Shown here piece after piece: positions 37,170 to 52,000 of a DNA stretch of 64,000 bases; positions within the stretch are counted from its first letter, which is position 1; the number at the start of each line of letters is the position of its first letter. The DNA comes from Anthoceros angustus (Eukaryota; Plantae; Anthocerotophyta). The translations under genes and the position numbers were made by a program. Under the pieces are notes generated by a model. That model worked only from the letters and a program-made list of their open reading frames with translations. It searched no databases and was not told the origin of the DNA. The stretch is taken from positions 80,826 through 144,825 of the forward strand of contig MU008226.1 in assembly GCA_010909165.1 (NCBI GenBank), written 5' to 3'.

Positions 37170-38605
37170 ATTTATCTTACGGCCGATATACTTAACCTTT
37201 ACTATTCCTCTCTCTCAAGAACATCCGGATGTAGTGATGATAGAGCTCTATATGTTTAGTCCTAGCATGAAACCTAGGGTTAGCAACTAAAGCTATAGCA
37301 CCCATATTATCCAGCAGACTAGTAGGACCAGATTGTGATTGATTTACGAATCAAGAAATTGACGCGTTCCACTCGGCCTCCTTGCAAGCATCCGTGGCTT
37401 TGTACTCGGCTTGAGAAGACAAAGCAAGAGAAGCTTGTTTCTTGCAACAAACTAATGCACCAAGGAAACAATAAGGAAACAATAAGCAGAGAGACTCAGC
37501 GATCGATTGGATGCCCAATCAAGATCGAAAAAAGAGGTCGGTAAAAGTGACTTGCTCCCACTTGCTGAATATTGTAAACCAAAGGAAATAGTGCCCTTGA
37601 TATAACGACAATACGTTTAATACCGTCTAAAAGGCAGGCTGCTTAAGGAACTGAAACCATACTAACATCAGATGATGTCGTCGAGTCCAGTTGGCCAGGA
37701 AAATCAAGCAACCGACAGCCTGTGCATAAGGAACAGATGCCATATCTTTAAGATCTGCTGCACTCTGAGGAGCTTGATCTATACTAAGCTTTTCCCCCAC
37801 TGCAGAGGGAATCGTAACAAGTCTGGCCTCATCCATATGAAAGCGTTTAAGAATTTCTTTGATGTACTTAGTTTGATGAAGAATAATGTGGCCTGCAGCC
37901 CTGTGACGCAAAATCTGGATGCTAAGACAGAACTGCAGATCCCCTTGATCAGTCATTTCAAACTCAGCCCGAAGCATTGTCTTAACTTTCTCTAGTTGTG
38001 GAGTACTATTACTGAGAAGAACGCAATCATCCACGTAAAGTGCGAGAACAACAAAAAGACCACCCTGGGAAAGGTAAAACACATTGCTGTCCGCAGGAGA
38101 TTGTAGAAAACCGAGCTTCTTCAAGTACTTCACAATCCGCTTGTACCATGCTCTTGGACTTTGTTTCAAGCCGTAAATAGTCTTTAGCAGCTTGCAAACT
38201 TTCCTAGCCCATTTTTTGTTGATGAAGCCTTCTGGTTGCTGCATGTATAACACTTCTTCTAACTCCCCATGCAGGAAAGCTGTACATACGTCCATTTGTT
38301 GGACTTCAAGGTCATACTCAGCCATGGCTAACAACATACGATGTAAGGTGGCTTCACAACGGTGAGAAGGTATCGCCATAATCAATACGGTATTTGACTA
38401 AACCCCTTGGGACCAAGCGTGATTTGTATCTAGCCACCGCTTCCATCCGATTTAAGCTTGGTCTTGAAGACCCACTTACTAATAGGTTTCCTACCGGTGG
38501 AAGATCAACAAGTTCCCAAGTGTTATTCTTCATAAGAGAATTGTACTCATCATCAATTGAAATCCGCCAATGGTGTCCATCTGGTCCATGAATTGCTTCC
38601 TCATA
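37170..38605 (-). mobile_element. Ty1/Copia RT-RNase H (element 4)
   Basis: 252-aa ORF with QQMDVCTAFLHG, YGLKQSPRAW, LALYVDD, YAQAVGCLIFLANWTR; RNase H NPRFHARTKHIELYHHYIR near 37220-37280. Confidence 0.95.
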
Positions 38606-38609
38606 GGGA

Positions 38610-41600
38610 TTGCGGATCGGGGCGGATCTCCCTCCTTCACATACTCCCCGATTCCTAAGGCGCCTATCATGCCACCCATGCGTTGATTCTGCATCAGCTT
38701 GCATTACTGCTGCGCCTCTTCCCGACCCTCCGTATGTCGACAAACCCTAGCAAACGCCCAGCTTGGCTCTTCATCCGTTAAGCGCCTCCATCATGACCCG
38801 AGTGTTGGCACCTCAAACTCGACCGCATAACGGGTGAGTGCCCATAGTGTAATACGGAGTTCGCTGCCCTTCTCTCGCCGCTCAACGCCCATACTGGCGG
38901 TAGCTTTGTATCCCGGCGCATAGTTAACCGAAGCTTATTGAGGATGCGATAAGTCCGTTGGTCTTCTCCGTCAATCCGGGCCTTGGGTTGTAGGGCCGTT
39001 ACGATGTGTGATGCCAAATAGTCCGTCATTGCGCTTATCACATCATTGAGGAAATGGGTTCCCATCGCTACCAGCAACGGACACCCATACCTTGTGATGA
39101 TGTGAGAGGAATTTGGCCACCGTGCTCGCAGAGTCCGTTAGTAGCGACCGCCCCACCCACCGTGCGAGTCCGCCACCAAGATGTACCGCTTTTGTGTGCC
39201 TCGCTGGTCGATAGGTCCAACGAAGTCGATGCCCACTTCTCAAAAGGCGTAGTAGTATGGGCACTAACGGCCATTGTTGTGGCCGGCTTCCGATCCACGA
39301 CAAGCATCACACTTCTTCACAATTGGTGTGTGTTTCCCCATACATGGTGGGCCACCACTCAGCCTCCAAGATTTTCTTGGTGGTGACTCAGCATAATGTC
39401 CACCACCTAGTCCTTCGTGCATCCCTTTATTACCACCTCCGCTCTCACTGCTGGAGGTACCTGCTCCACACCCGCCCCACCTTAAAGATGCAACCGTTAT
39501 ACAACCTAAAAGGGCGAGCGTGCACAAAGGCCGCCACTGGACCCGGCCAGGTAGCTCCATCTCCCATAGGTACTGCTCCAACTCAAGAGGGCCGCCCGCC
39601 GCCCCTTCTCCGCTTCGCCGTGGGTCCGCTCATTAGGGTTTGTCCTACTGCTCCTCCTTCCTCCTCACGCCACCAATTCCTCATCCGGAAGGCGCCCTCC
39701 GATCCCGCAGATGCTCCGCTTTTAACTGGACAAGAAGTCGGCGTTTGGTGTTGCCTAGTCTCCACCTCAAATGTGAACTCAGAGCAATGTAATCCACCTC
39801 GCACCGTCCGGACAAGTCCTTGTTCACCAAATGCTTGAGCGCCAAGTGATCAACATAGAACACAAACTCATTGTAAGGTAGTGTCTCGAATTTTAACACA
39901 GATACCATTCCCAATGCCTCTCGCCTGTAGTAGTGTACCTGCTCCGCGCGTGAGCCGCCTTCCGCGTAGTAGATTGGGTGATCCTCCGCATCTTTTGATC
40001 GAGCACTACTCCGATGGCGGCGACACATCCACATACACATGGAATCGCTTCCCCCGTCCTTGATCTGGGCACGACAGTGGTCAGGTCTCGAATGCCGCCT
40101 CCTTTCTCGCTCCAGTCCATTCTTCCTCCTTCCCGAGTAGCTCGTTAGCTGAGGCCCGCTTTGCAAAATCTTGGATGAAACGCCTATAGTAACCCACCAT
40201 GCCTGTGAATCGTAACTCCTTCAAGTTCGTAGGCGGTCAGGATCGGATGACTTTCACCTTGTCTTGATCCACCTCTATCCTCTTACCGACACGTGTCCCA
40301 ACAAGATTCCTCCTCATCAAGTAGCATTTCTCGGATGGTGCACGCTTGAGTCTCCTACATCGCTCCAAACACTTCCGCAGATGTCCAACGTGTTTGTCCT
40401 CCTCTGCACAGTAAGTCGCCCAAGAACACCTCCATGAAGTCCTCAAAATTCTAAGACATTGGTCACCATCCGCATAAATGATCCGGTGCTCCTCATATCC
40501 CAAGGCACTGCTTGTAGGCAAACGCCCCACTCCGTGGTGAATGTTGTCTTATCCCACCGACCTTTAGGTGCACTGGTTGTAGCCGAGTAGCCCAAGAAGG
40601 AGTAGGTACTCCCCGCCACCTTGTCCAAGTATGTCGCCTACAAAGGGCATGGGAAATGGTCCTTCCGTGGCGGCGTAGCTTTCTCCCCGACAGACACGAA
40701 TCGCCCTGCCGCTTCTTCGCACGACACAATGGGCGCCACCCACTCACGCTCACGATTGGGAAGATGATGTCCGCCTGATACTTATCCAGACTTCCTTGAC
40801 CTTGAGCGAGTGCTTGGGATTCAGCTTTATACCGAATCCGAACAGCACCGCCTCGCTTCAGATCTATCCTGTTCGCCCCATCGCTTTGAATGCCCTTCAT
40901 GTCCGTGACCTTGAAAGCAACACCGAATTCCCCAACAATCGGGTGAGGTCTTGTTTCAACTCGGCCCTGCGGAATTTTAGGAATTTCGGGCGAACCTCCA
41001 CGCCTTCCACATCGCCGATTGACCGCCTTCTCTCGCCGCTCACCACGCCCAAAGCCATCATCCTCCACCCGGGTTCATCTTCACGCATTCCCCATTCTCA
41101 AGAGTTCGTGAGGTGAACGGTTACTTCTGGGTCCTCCTCATCCGGATTCCCGCCTTTGTCTGCCTCCGCGACTTCCACTTGAAGCAATGATCACCTCCGC
41201 CCGGTGTCCTCCGAGTCCATTTCTTCTTCGGACCACGAGATTTTGGAAAGGGTAGTCCTCATTCGTATCCTCGCTCATCGTCCCCACTGCCTTCTGAGGT
41301 GGTGGTGCTTACGCCACCACAAGATGTGTCCTTACCTGTAATCGCTACCGTCCTTCCCTCACCTTCGGATCCCACCCACCGGCTTGAAGTGTATTTCCTT
41401 CCGTCCAAGTGTAGTTTTGTCCGAGGCGCCCAAGGTCGCCTAACAGACCTCATACCCTGAGGTCCCGGTCCGATGACGACAAATCTAATGTATAGGGGCT
41501 CCGCTATGGTGGCTTGACTGGACAACTCACTGGCGCTGGCGACATGTCCGCCATCCCGAGGGTTTTGGTGGATGGCTCAAGGTGGTGAACCCACTGCCTC

Positions 41601-43660
41601 GGTGGCCTCTTGATGAGGTTCACTCGACCCGTGTCCAGAGGCACGCTTTTAATCACACACCCGCACACCAACCACTGGCGCCTGTGGTCCGTATGAGATA
41701 CTACCTTACCTCCACGTTCTGCCCTTCCGCCAAGGAGTTCCGTGGTTGCTCGATGGCCTCCGGACTTCCCGCCGATACTGGGTTGTCTTTAACAACGCCT
41801 AAGGGACACCAAGTGTTGTTGGTCCATCATCAAGTCGGCCACCTTGAAAGGCGCCGGTTCTCTCGGCCACGTCCGCCTTGACTCCTCCAGCGCCACCGCC
41901 TGTGGTGGTCGGACCACTGGGTCCCGCCGGAGTTCTTCTCAAGCATCTCCGCCACTTCTAACCACATCCGTGGAACGGTGTTGCCTTGGTGAGTCCGCTC
42001 CCGAGACTCCGGTGGTTTTGGTTTCTTCCGGCAGCCGATTTAACTCGCCTCCTTGGCGGGTTCGGCCTCCTTCGCAGTGTTCCGTCCGTGGGACTATCCC
42101 ATTTTCTTCCTCTTAAACTGCCTCCTTTCCTTCGCTCCTTTCGGCCGGGTTGACACTTCCAAGACGTGTCCGCCTTCTCTCCTTAGCCGAACTTGCACCA
42201 CCTCCCCAAGTTCCCTCCTCCCACTCCGCCACCGCGCCTTCAATTTGTAGCACGCGCGCCTTAGGAGGAGGCGAGGTGGCTCCCCGCCGGGTGGCGAGCG
42301 CCGCCCGAGCGAGGATCTGGACACAAGGTACCGCCGCCATGTGCCGCCCGCCATACTCCACACAGCGTTCAAAGTCCCTGCCGCCTTGCCGAGTATGGCA
42401 CGTTGGAGTAGTGCCGGGTTCCCACAGCCCAGCACCACCGCCGCCGAGAATTCTCGAGGGCTCCCATGCGGCCTGACGGAGGTCGATGCACGACGGACCA
42501 GCTGGGGTACATCGTCCGGGATACCCCCCGCTTCTTGCACTTGGTATGCATCCTCCCACTGCCTCTGACTCTTCCCGTAGTCATACTCCACCGGTTCACG
42601 GGTCCGAGGGGCGCTTGGCCTCGAATGCCCATGTTGGTGACACACCGCACACCATGATGAGTACGGACTGGTGGCCGCCTTACGCCGCTTCTTTATCCTT
42701 CACGGTTGATCGTCAACTCCTCCACCCTCTTCATTACCTGCTCTAGATCTTCCTCACCCCGCTACTTCCTTCAAAGGAGCTCGGGACCTCTGCAGCGGCA
42801 TCATGACCTCCTTCTTTTCCACCTCCTCGACCACGGGCTTCTTCTTATTTTTCCGGGTTCTTCTTCTTCCATGACCTCCTGGATTCTTCTTGAGTCCTCT
42901 TCCTCTTCCTCCGATGCCTGCCTCTCATCATCCTCCTCTTCCGAGGGTTCTTCATCTCGAGTCCGTTTCTTCTTTTCTTCTTCCTCCCGGAGGAGTCCTC
43001 GGCCGCCGTTGGTGCATCGATTCTTCATAGTTCTCCGCCGCCCGCTCACATCTTCTTCGCCAACAAAGAAGACGTGCTTAGCCATTGGCTTGGATAAGCC
43101 ACCGCGAACCAACGCATCACCGCATGGTAGTGTGAGTGGTGCCGTCCCGAGTGAGAACCGCTCGATCGATCCCAACTTCTCCGCCTTTCCTCGCCTGTTT
43201 CTCGAGTTTGACAAGACGTAGCCTTTGATCGATTCCATGGAATCTTTCTAAGAAGGCATCCTTCAATGCTTCAAGGTTGCGGTGCGCTCGGTGGCCCAGA
43301 TTCGACCACCGAGTCAGACTCGCAGGACCCCTTGGAACAATGAGTCTGCATCCGAACCTTCTCCGTTGAAGTTTGCCCGACACAAATCCTCCGAAGGTTT
43401 CGTCTCTCTCCTTCTTACCTCCAAAGAGGAATACGCTTGCTTGGTCGACGTTGTTGCCATCGCTGATCGGTGATGAGGAACCGCCTTACCACCACCGACT
43501 TGGTGCGCTTCCTCCTCTCGATCCGACAACTCCACCACGCTTACCTGGTTATCGCCCTCGCCGAGCGTTGCTCTCGGAGCGCCGGCGCACAACGTCCGAC
43601 TCTCTCAAGAATTCCCTTAACTACCTCACGCCCTCCACGCATCCACGCTACTACGGAACG
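38610..43660 (-). mobile_element. Athila-like Ty3/Gypsy gag-pol (gag, zinc knuckle, protease region, RT, RNase H, integrase), frameshifted
   Basis: EALKDAFLERFHGIDQ (gag), CTKCKKRG (knuckle), DKVAG..YSFL..DKTTFTTEWG (RT), VFYVDHLALKHLVNK (RNase H), PFEKW..D.VGPI and MGTHFLNDVI (integrase), WHDRRLRN. Confidence 0.9.
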
Positions 43661-43667
43661 ATTTCAT

Positions 43668-43684
43668 TCCCCGCAACGGCGCCA
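43668..43684 (-). other. Primer-binding site complementary to tRNA-Asp
   Basis: Minus strand reads ...GCGCCACA-TTT-TGGCGCCGTTGCGGGGA, matching the plant tRNA-Asp 3' end (one base short), 3 nt from the LTR end. Confidence 0.85.
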
Positions 43685-43687
43685 AAA

Positions 43688-46090
43688 TGTGGCGCGACTT
43701 TGCCGACGGCCACATAATCCTGTCGTTGTAGGAAGGAGTTCCCAAGGGAATGATAGCTCCGCTTGCGCTGCTTTGATTCTCGTCTTAGCCCTGCCCGCCC
43801 AACGCACGTCACGCCTAACTACTCATAAACACCGCAGCCCGGTATGGCCAAACGCTTAAGGACCTGTCACGTCGCTTCGCTCACGTCTCTCACACCTCTC
43901 GTCCTCCTCTCTCCACTCACACTACACTTATCACCTTAGGAAAGACGCTGGTTACAGGGCCCGACCTCCTCCGCTGCACTGGGCCTCCGTCCGGCTCAGA
44001 CGCCTCCGAGTCCTCCGCTCACACGCTCGTCTGCTCGGCCGGGCTGCCTGGACGAGCACGGGTCCCCACCACCCTCGCACACCACAACACGTTAGGTCCG
44101 CCAGACCGATCAATCTCCGAGCCGCCGTGCTCGCCGACTCAGACTCACGTTAGCAAGAAGACACACAAAGGTCTGCAAGAACGCGCATCAACACCAAGAG
44201 AAAGATGATTTATTCAGGGCCCCTCTTATACTACGCCAAGTCGGCCTTTATTACACCCCTATTCTCGAAACACCAAGATACCCTAATCGGCCGCCTACCA
44301 TCCTATTCCTCCTCCTATCTCCTTCGGCGGTGGGCTGAAGGTCCCGGTTCCGCCTTGGGATTGGTGGTCCAATCTCCGTCTCGATCGACCCAATCGGATG
44401 ATCCGCGAGGCGGACCTCCTCTCCCGAATCTGCCAGTTACGGCGCCGACGACCGCACTGCCACAACGCCATCCCCTCGGCCTCCTGGTCCTCCTGGGCCA
44501 CCCATTCGCTCCCCTAGCGTAAGTCAAGGGGCTCCTCGCCGAGTCCCGACCTCGAGGTCCGGTCTCGACCCGAGTCCGAACCCAAGGGTCCTTATTTCGA
44601 GTCCGCCCTGGGTCCGGCCTGCCTGGGTTCGGACCTCGGTCCGAGACACGGGTCCGTCCCCAACTCCGGACTCCTGTGGACCTCGTGCTAGGTCCTCCTC
44701 CACCGACCCTTGTCTTGGGTTGGCTCCTCCTTCCACCTCCTCAGGCCCCCCTTCTCCCGAGGTGGTGAACTTACTGGGTCCGCCGGCCTCCGCCTCCTCG
44801 AGGCTCTTCTCCCCGCTCGTTCTCCAAACAGGCCCCTAGGGTCCTCGGCCGCCCGCGTGTCTTCCCCTCCGAGCCTTCCGGTCCGCCTATTGCAGCGGGC
44901 CGAGGCCGCCTCAGAGCTCGTGGTAATAGGCAAAGTCCGAATCCACTTGTTGATTGCCTCTTCCACGTGTGCCCGTACTCCCTTCGCCATAGGTGCTCGG
45001 AGCCGAGCTCGCCTGCTCGCTTGGACCACCTCCCCGCCAGTTTGATGGAGCCGGGCTGCCTCGAGGCTGCGGTCACCTCCGCTTGCCACTCCGCCTGCTC
45101 CAACTCCCGCTGCTTCCGCTCCCCGCCGCCCTCCGCCATAACGCAGCTGCTCCCTTCTCACCGACCAGCCGCCTCTCGCCTCCGTCCATTCTGGCGCTAA
45201 CTCGCCATCTCCTCTCTGCATTTGGGCAACTCGCTGATCGGGCTCGCCTGTCTTCTCCATCTCGCCGCCTCCCCTGCTCCATCGCCATCCTCCGTCCGCC
45301 AATGAGCCGAGCCTTATTTCGCCTCGTGACCCCGCCTACCATTCCTCTCAATGGTAGTTTGAGTCAGCCCAAAGTCTCCTTGCGGTCCTCCATCTCCGCC
45401 GGCCGCCCACCTCCGCCGAGTCCGAGATCCTCCATCTCCTTGTCGCTTTGGCCTGGCTGGTCCGCTGCTCCGCCTCGCTCCATCTTCGTGCAGAGCCGGA
45501 GGCGCCTATCTCCGCCAAGTCTTGGATTCTCTCATTGAGAACCCCTTGCGCTCCGACGCTGCCTTGGAGTTGTAACTCCAAGGTGTCCTTGCTGCCTCCA
45601 GCTCCGCCGCCTCCTTCTACCTCTTGCACTGCCTCGAGGTCCCGATTTCCGGGCCGGGCCTCTGTTTCGCACGCTCGTCTGCTTGCTCCCACCGCTCGGC
45701 CTTCGAGTGGGCTACCCCCGCCCTCCACCGGCCCGATCACGCCGATAGTGATCGCGGCTCGCCGTGGCCTCCGCCTGGCCACCTTCACCGAGCCTCCGGC
45801 TTGGCTGTCAGTCGGGCCGCCTCCGCGATCCGCGCCTCTCCGCTTGCGCCCGGCCTCGCCTCGCTGCCTCCGCCTCGCAGAGGTCCTCCGCTTGGGCCTC
45901 CTGCTTCACCGCCTCCACTGAAGGAATTTAGTCCGGTCCTGCGGATGGACCAGACCTCCTCTCGCCTCCGGCGCTTCCTCAATCCGGCCGAGAGCTTGGC
46001 CTTCCTCCGCCTCTCCCTCCAACCGCCTCCTGGAGGAGTACCATGTGCCTCCGGGTGGCTTCTACCTCCGGGTCTCGCCATCCCAGAGAC
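43688..46090 (-). mobile_element. 5' LTR of the Athila-like element (family H), truncated upstream
   Basis: Ends in ACA next to the PBS; TATAAGAGGG at 44221-44231 followed by AATAAA; upstream GGWCC array and HVEEAI-motif region. Confidence 0.7.
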
Positions 46091-46094
46091 CCGC

Positions 46095-49000
46095 CTACGG
46101 TGATGGTACCTGCCTCCCACCGTAGGTAGGTTGCCTTCTTCCCTCTGTTCCTTATGGCACTATGGGCTCTCTCGCCATTTCTTCTCCAAACTCCTCGAGT
46201 CCATATCGCTTGTGACCTCATCAAAGTCTAAGGCCCTAGCTTAATACGCATGAGGGCCTCCCTATCATCATCGTGTGGCCCAAGCATCCTCCTCTTCACA
46301 ATTATTGTAGGCCTCCACACACCGTGCCATCGCCCATATTTTTGGCAATGGGTTTACACTCCAAACTACCACCATGCGCTTCATGAGTTGGGGTTTCTTG
46401 GCCTTGAAACCCTTCACGGCATCCACACAGCTTCCTCCGAACCAGCCTCATCCTTGCAGCTTGGCTCTTAGCAATCCCATGAGGAGAACAAACACCAAGC
46501 TAAGCACCAAGAACACTAAGGACGTCCCCTCTTAGAAGAAATTCACTCTCAAAACCAAGCCAAGGCACAAGACCCAAGAAATTGGTGCCACAAGAAAGAG
46601 AACACCAAGAGGAGATGGCGGCATCACTCTTAAGAGGCACACACACACAGAGGGCGCACACACAAGCTCTAGCTCACTCCTCTCTGCACTTTTACAGTAC
46701 CCTCCTTCTCATGCGACAATTATAGCAACAGAGCTCCTAAATTGCAGCCATAGATTTGAGTGGTTGCCGCAAGCCATATCCCATCCATTATTTACATGAC
46801 CAGCCATAACCTCTAATTTCTATCGTAGCCATCAATCCCCACCATGAATCTAAGGATCCTTTCCATCCATCTTGCACAAATTCAAGACCCTAGTTGGTTT
46901 GCACCAAGAAGGCTCTTAAGTCATCAATCCTTCACTCTTGTGCAAGAGCAACATTCCCTGCATCTCCTTGGCCCTAGGCGCTCCATAGAGACCATCCTAC
47001 CCATCAAAACCCAAGGAAAAAGCTCAATCCTCAGCCTCCAAAATCAGTTGGCCCTGCAACTCCCTACTAAGAACTTTCCCAATCAGCTCCCGTGTCTTTT
47101 GCAAATATAAGCACTCCTCGCACAAAAGGCACCCCATCCGAGTCTGATCCCATAGGACGCTTAACTCCGAGTTCTTATATCCACATATCCAACCAAGTTC
47201 ATCTTGCCGCATACATTTTACTCATTCATTATTGAACTCCTCACCAAGCTCCTATCCCACACTTCTCCTTAGCGAACTCCTCAAGACCTCGAATCAGCCT
47301 ACCTTGCTGCCCAATTCTCCTCGCCACCACAACGACCTCCTTCACACCTACTTGCATTGCCTTCATGATGCACCCCATTGATTCCTTCACCATATTGCAG
47401 CCCATCCGCAATACTACCTTCTGCTGCCACCTCCATCTGCAGCCCAAATTCAATATGAGAGCTCTACCATGGCCTCTCCTAGTTCGACACGGCCCTATCA
47501 TCCCATCCTCATCATTACTCCACGCAAGTACTTCCACATGCTCACGCCATGGCCTCCTCTTGCAAATGACTAGCATCTCACCTGGCCCTACATGTAGCTC
47601 TCTCCATCACTCCTCCTCATGCTCCCATTGCAAGAAGCTCCAGCACAAGAACTTCCAATTAGCTTGCCACTGCATCGACCTCCCTTAGACCAAGTGACCA
47701 TTCTGCCTTCGTGCATCTTCTCTTCCTCTGCCTCTTCATCCTTCATTGTGCAGCTTCTTCCCCCTTCCGCCAGAAGTGCTTACCTAACAGTAGGCTGCCT
47801 ACCTCGGTCTTTGGGTACGGGCTATAGTGGGTACCCCACCCACTCCTTGCGTGTTGTTCCTATCACGGTAGGGTGCACCTACCATGGTAGCGTCTCCCTA
47901 TACACCATTTGGCCCTATCCGGCCTGCATCTCTGAGCTCCTCTCAGGGCTCGCTCATGGAGGTTTCCTCCTCCTCCCGACAACCCCTCGGGTTCTACCTT
48001 GCTTCCTCCTCTTCCTTCGCAGAGTCCTCCAGCCTTGATGCCGTAGCTGATGCCTTGTCCTCCTGTCATAAAAGGCAATGGTCTTTCCATGCTTGGCCTC
48101 GGATGGACAATCTTGAATGGATGCCAAGAACCTTCCAGCTCCTTGCATTTCCACACACACACCCGGCCTTGACCTCGCCTCTTGCTCCCCGGCTCTTATA
48201 CCCTTGCTTTTCCGCACGAGTTTCCAATTGCTGTGATTTGAAGAAGGAATTCTCTAAGGCGTTCCACGGATTCTTACATCTTCTCCAGCAAGTTGAGAGT
48301 CCCTTCTCATAATTTCTCTTCAATTTGGACATGCCTTGCTCTTCCCAACACTCTTTTGGGCTTGGGCAAGCATTGCCTTCTTCCTTCCTTCTTCCTTCTT
48401 CTTCTTGTTGCACCTACTTGTCTTGCCTATTTTCCTCCCCACGCCTAGCTTGCCTCTTCTCTATCCTGCACAGGCGCACGTACATCGTAATATGTGGGGC
48501 TCTTCACAGACTCTTGGTGTGGCGCCTTCTGCGGTTGGCGCTTCCTCACCTTCAAGTTGTGACCTCCTACACACATGCAGATTATAAGATAACTTGGGGT
48601 TAGGAATGGTAACTACCAATCTACTACGCCCTTGGATATGCACCACGTGGCACCTTTTCCTGATTGATTGGAGTTTCCCAATTCCTCTTATACTAAGATA
48701 CTATTCCCCTAGTTTCCTAACGCCCAATCTAGCTTTTAATTTCCTATTCGACCCATTTATCTAGTCCACTATTGGTGGGCATATATAGTGATATCTCCTA
48801 TCCTAATTTCCCTTTTAGCCGAGGCGCTTGACCTACCGGTAGTGCCTTCCTCTTAGCCTACCGTCGAGTGTGGCAGCCCTCTCGGTAGTCTCACCGCCCC
48901 TTCGGGCTGCCTTCCTGTCTCGCCTAAGGGTCATTTTGACCCGTTTCTTTTCCTTGAGATATCCTCTCTGCCTCCCTAACAGTATCCTACAATTCCAGCT

Positions 49001-52000
49001 TCAAAGATTTCAGAAAATTCCCTAGCATGATCCCCTTCAATCGTTTTTAGCCAAAAAAAATCAAGTTCGTTCTTCCTCGGCTCTTTTGGGCTGGTTGCCC
49101 AAACTTTGCCCACACCAGCGCCATGCAGATATTTGAAATTCTGACCTCATTTTATTGGTTGCTCAAGTCGATCCTTAAACGAGGCGTCGATACCCCCTCG
49201 TGAGATGGTTCATCAAGCAAACTAAGCCCAGGGAATCCAGTCCGTGTGAAGCATAGTGACAAGACACGCTAAGATCACCAAGATCCTAGCCGCTGACAAA
49301 ATCTTGATGCCATCCGGTCATGCTTTAGATTGACAACCCGGATCTATCGATATCCAGGCATCCATCATCCGTATCGCCGCGCTATCACCACGACACCAAT
49401 TTCTTGAGCCCCAGAACCATCGTAAAAATACGGGCGTCTAATACCGCCAGCGTCATTTGCATGGTTCAAGCAAGGCGACAAGAAACCGCCGCCGATGGTC
49501 ATCGCTTCCCAACAAGCAATCCATGAGTGATGGGTAGGAGCAGACAAAACTAGTAATCGCAACCGTCCGGGTCAGAAGCTTGTCCAAAAGGCCCTTGCCT
49601 TGCGGACTCCAATTTCCAGGATCCTGCAGACGAGTCAACCGGGCACATCCAACCGTCGCAACGCGTTATGCTAAACTAGGTCGACACCCCAAAGTACAGC
49701 TAGCAATCATCTAAAGACTATGCCCATCTGCAGTCGTCACACATGCATCCCTATCACCATTCTCATGCAATCTTGTGACCAGACATGATTCCAAGCAGAC
49801 GATACCATCCAGTCAATTCAACGCTTGTCCCGAGCGTTTCTCACCACCCACCGTCATTCCTTGCTTCCTGTGGTCAAACATCGACCTCGGCCTCACTCCA
49901 GAGAAATCTAGCACCCACGCGTAGTAACATGTACGCGCATCACACTCAATTTCCAGCAATCAGCGCAAGCGCCACGGTAGTAAAACCATCGTCGCTGCGA
50001 CGCTGCGCCATTGTATGGCTCCATGCATTGGCAGCAGCCAGAACCCTCAAACATGGTCGCCGTTTCCGTAAGCAAACCATGATGATGCGGGGAGTAGCAA
50101 AACCATCAATCGCCTAACCCGTCCGATCAAAAGGCCCGTAGAGGCCTTGCTGCGGGTTCCGATTTTCTAGTGTGATCCTGCGACGATTTAACAGCACATC
50201 CCACGTGGTAGCAGCTGTTACGCAAAACTAGGTTGGCCCACCGCAAGCATAAGCGATCATCCGTAGCATAATGTCCATCTTGTCGTCACCGTATGCTATC
50301 CTATAAACCATTCATATGTAATCTTGTGCCCAAGAAATCGCTAAATCGACAATCGATACCACCTATTTTCTCATTCAACCTAAGAAAGCCCTTGAGTCAA
50401 GATCCCAACGGATGACAATTCCAGACATGCATCCAATACGAGGCATCCAGTAAAATGTAGCGCGAACAACACATTCTATAGCCACGCCCACCGCCGGATC
50501 ACGAAGTATCTTGTGTTGATCGAGACCAAGTATTTGGAAGCCGAAGACATAAACCCTAGCAACCATTGAGTCATCTATCCAACCGCTTCTAGATCATGCC
50601 GAGAAAACAAAACTTTGAAGTTTAGAAGACTAGACCATGGATGACCAAATCAAGGTCTAGCTTCTTGGATGAACAAAGATGGTGTTGGTCAACACCCCTC
50701 CCTTCCTTCTTGACCACCAAAAGGGATCATCGGCCCGCTTCGGATCCTTGGTGAGACGGGATCCATTGCACATCCACTAATTCTAAGGTTGCATAGTGAA
50801 GTAGAAGAGAGGAGAAAGGTTCAACCTTGGTAGCCATGGCTAGCTTGGGGAGGCAACGCGACAAAGAGACCAAGGTACTAAGTAAGGTGATCACGCAAAT
50901 AGAGGGGGAGCAATAGAGAGAATGACAATCATCAAAGGTAGAGGCTAAGCATAGGAGAGGAAGGGAGGAACCCCAACCAAAGTTTGGAGGAAGGGATTTC
51001 ATTGGGTAGCAAATTCTATCCAACCTCACAAGTTATATAATCCTATTGGGCAGCCATTCCTACCAATGATAACCCACAAGGAATCAACCCATCTTTAACA
51101 AACATACATAGGTCGATCCCTCATTTATAGCCTAGTAGTATATATTAAAAGTGAAACAAGGTCCGAGGTCATAAATGTACACATGGCCCATATGAGGTGT
51201 TAATATGCCCAAGTGGGTACTATGTCCTTCTACCAATAAAAGGTGATAGCCTTGGAAAAAGGCAAGCATATTCATATTCTATTCACTCCATAGTTATCAA
51301 GAGTCTAATGGTGCATTTTTATGGGTTAGACACTCTCTAAGGTCAAAAACAAAACATATGAAAGATACTTGTGCAAACATCACGCTTCCAAGTTTATTAT
51401 CCAAAAAGACAAATAAAACAGCATACATATTAGACTCTTGAATTAAAATTTATCTCAAAAATCAAGGAAAACAACCATATTAGTAAGAAAATAATAAAGG
51501 GTAAATAATAATAAAATCAATAAAAATTCCTTCACAAATTAGTATTACGTAAACATTGAAGGAATAGATTTACTGTTCATCGATGGGATGTTTGGGATGG
51601 ATAAACATCATTTAGAAGCACCAATCTATACACAAAGGGCAAATTCATGGATCTCATAGGAACATAACTCTCTCTTGGATAGATGGATAGATAGAGATAG
51701 ATATCCTAGACTACATCGCATAATTTCTGACATGGTCGAGGTCATTTCAAGCAAAGGTGATGTTTAGATAGATCCAAAGTCCAATCCATGGAAGGATTTT
51801 GTCAAATAGGTCTCTTATTCCATAAGCCTTGGCGTGAGATCCGTGATATTCCTCCACCTCATGGTGCCAAAATATCACATTTGTCGTGCACACTGATTGC
51901 CAGAAGGCATGCATCTGCAGCTATTCACCTGTCAGGTATAGTTGAGCATCTGACCAAATCAAGAAGTAAGCTATCTTTCAGATTATGACCTGCCTTGATC

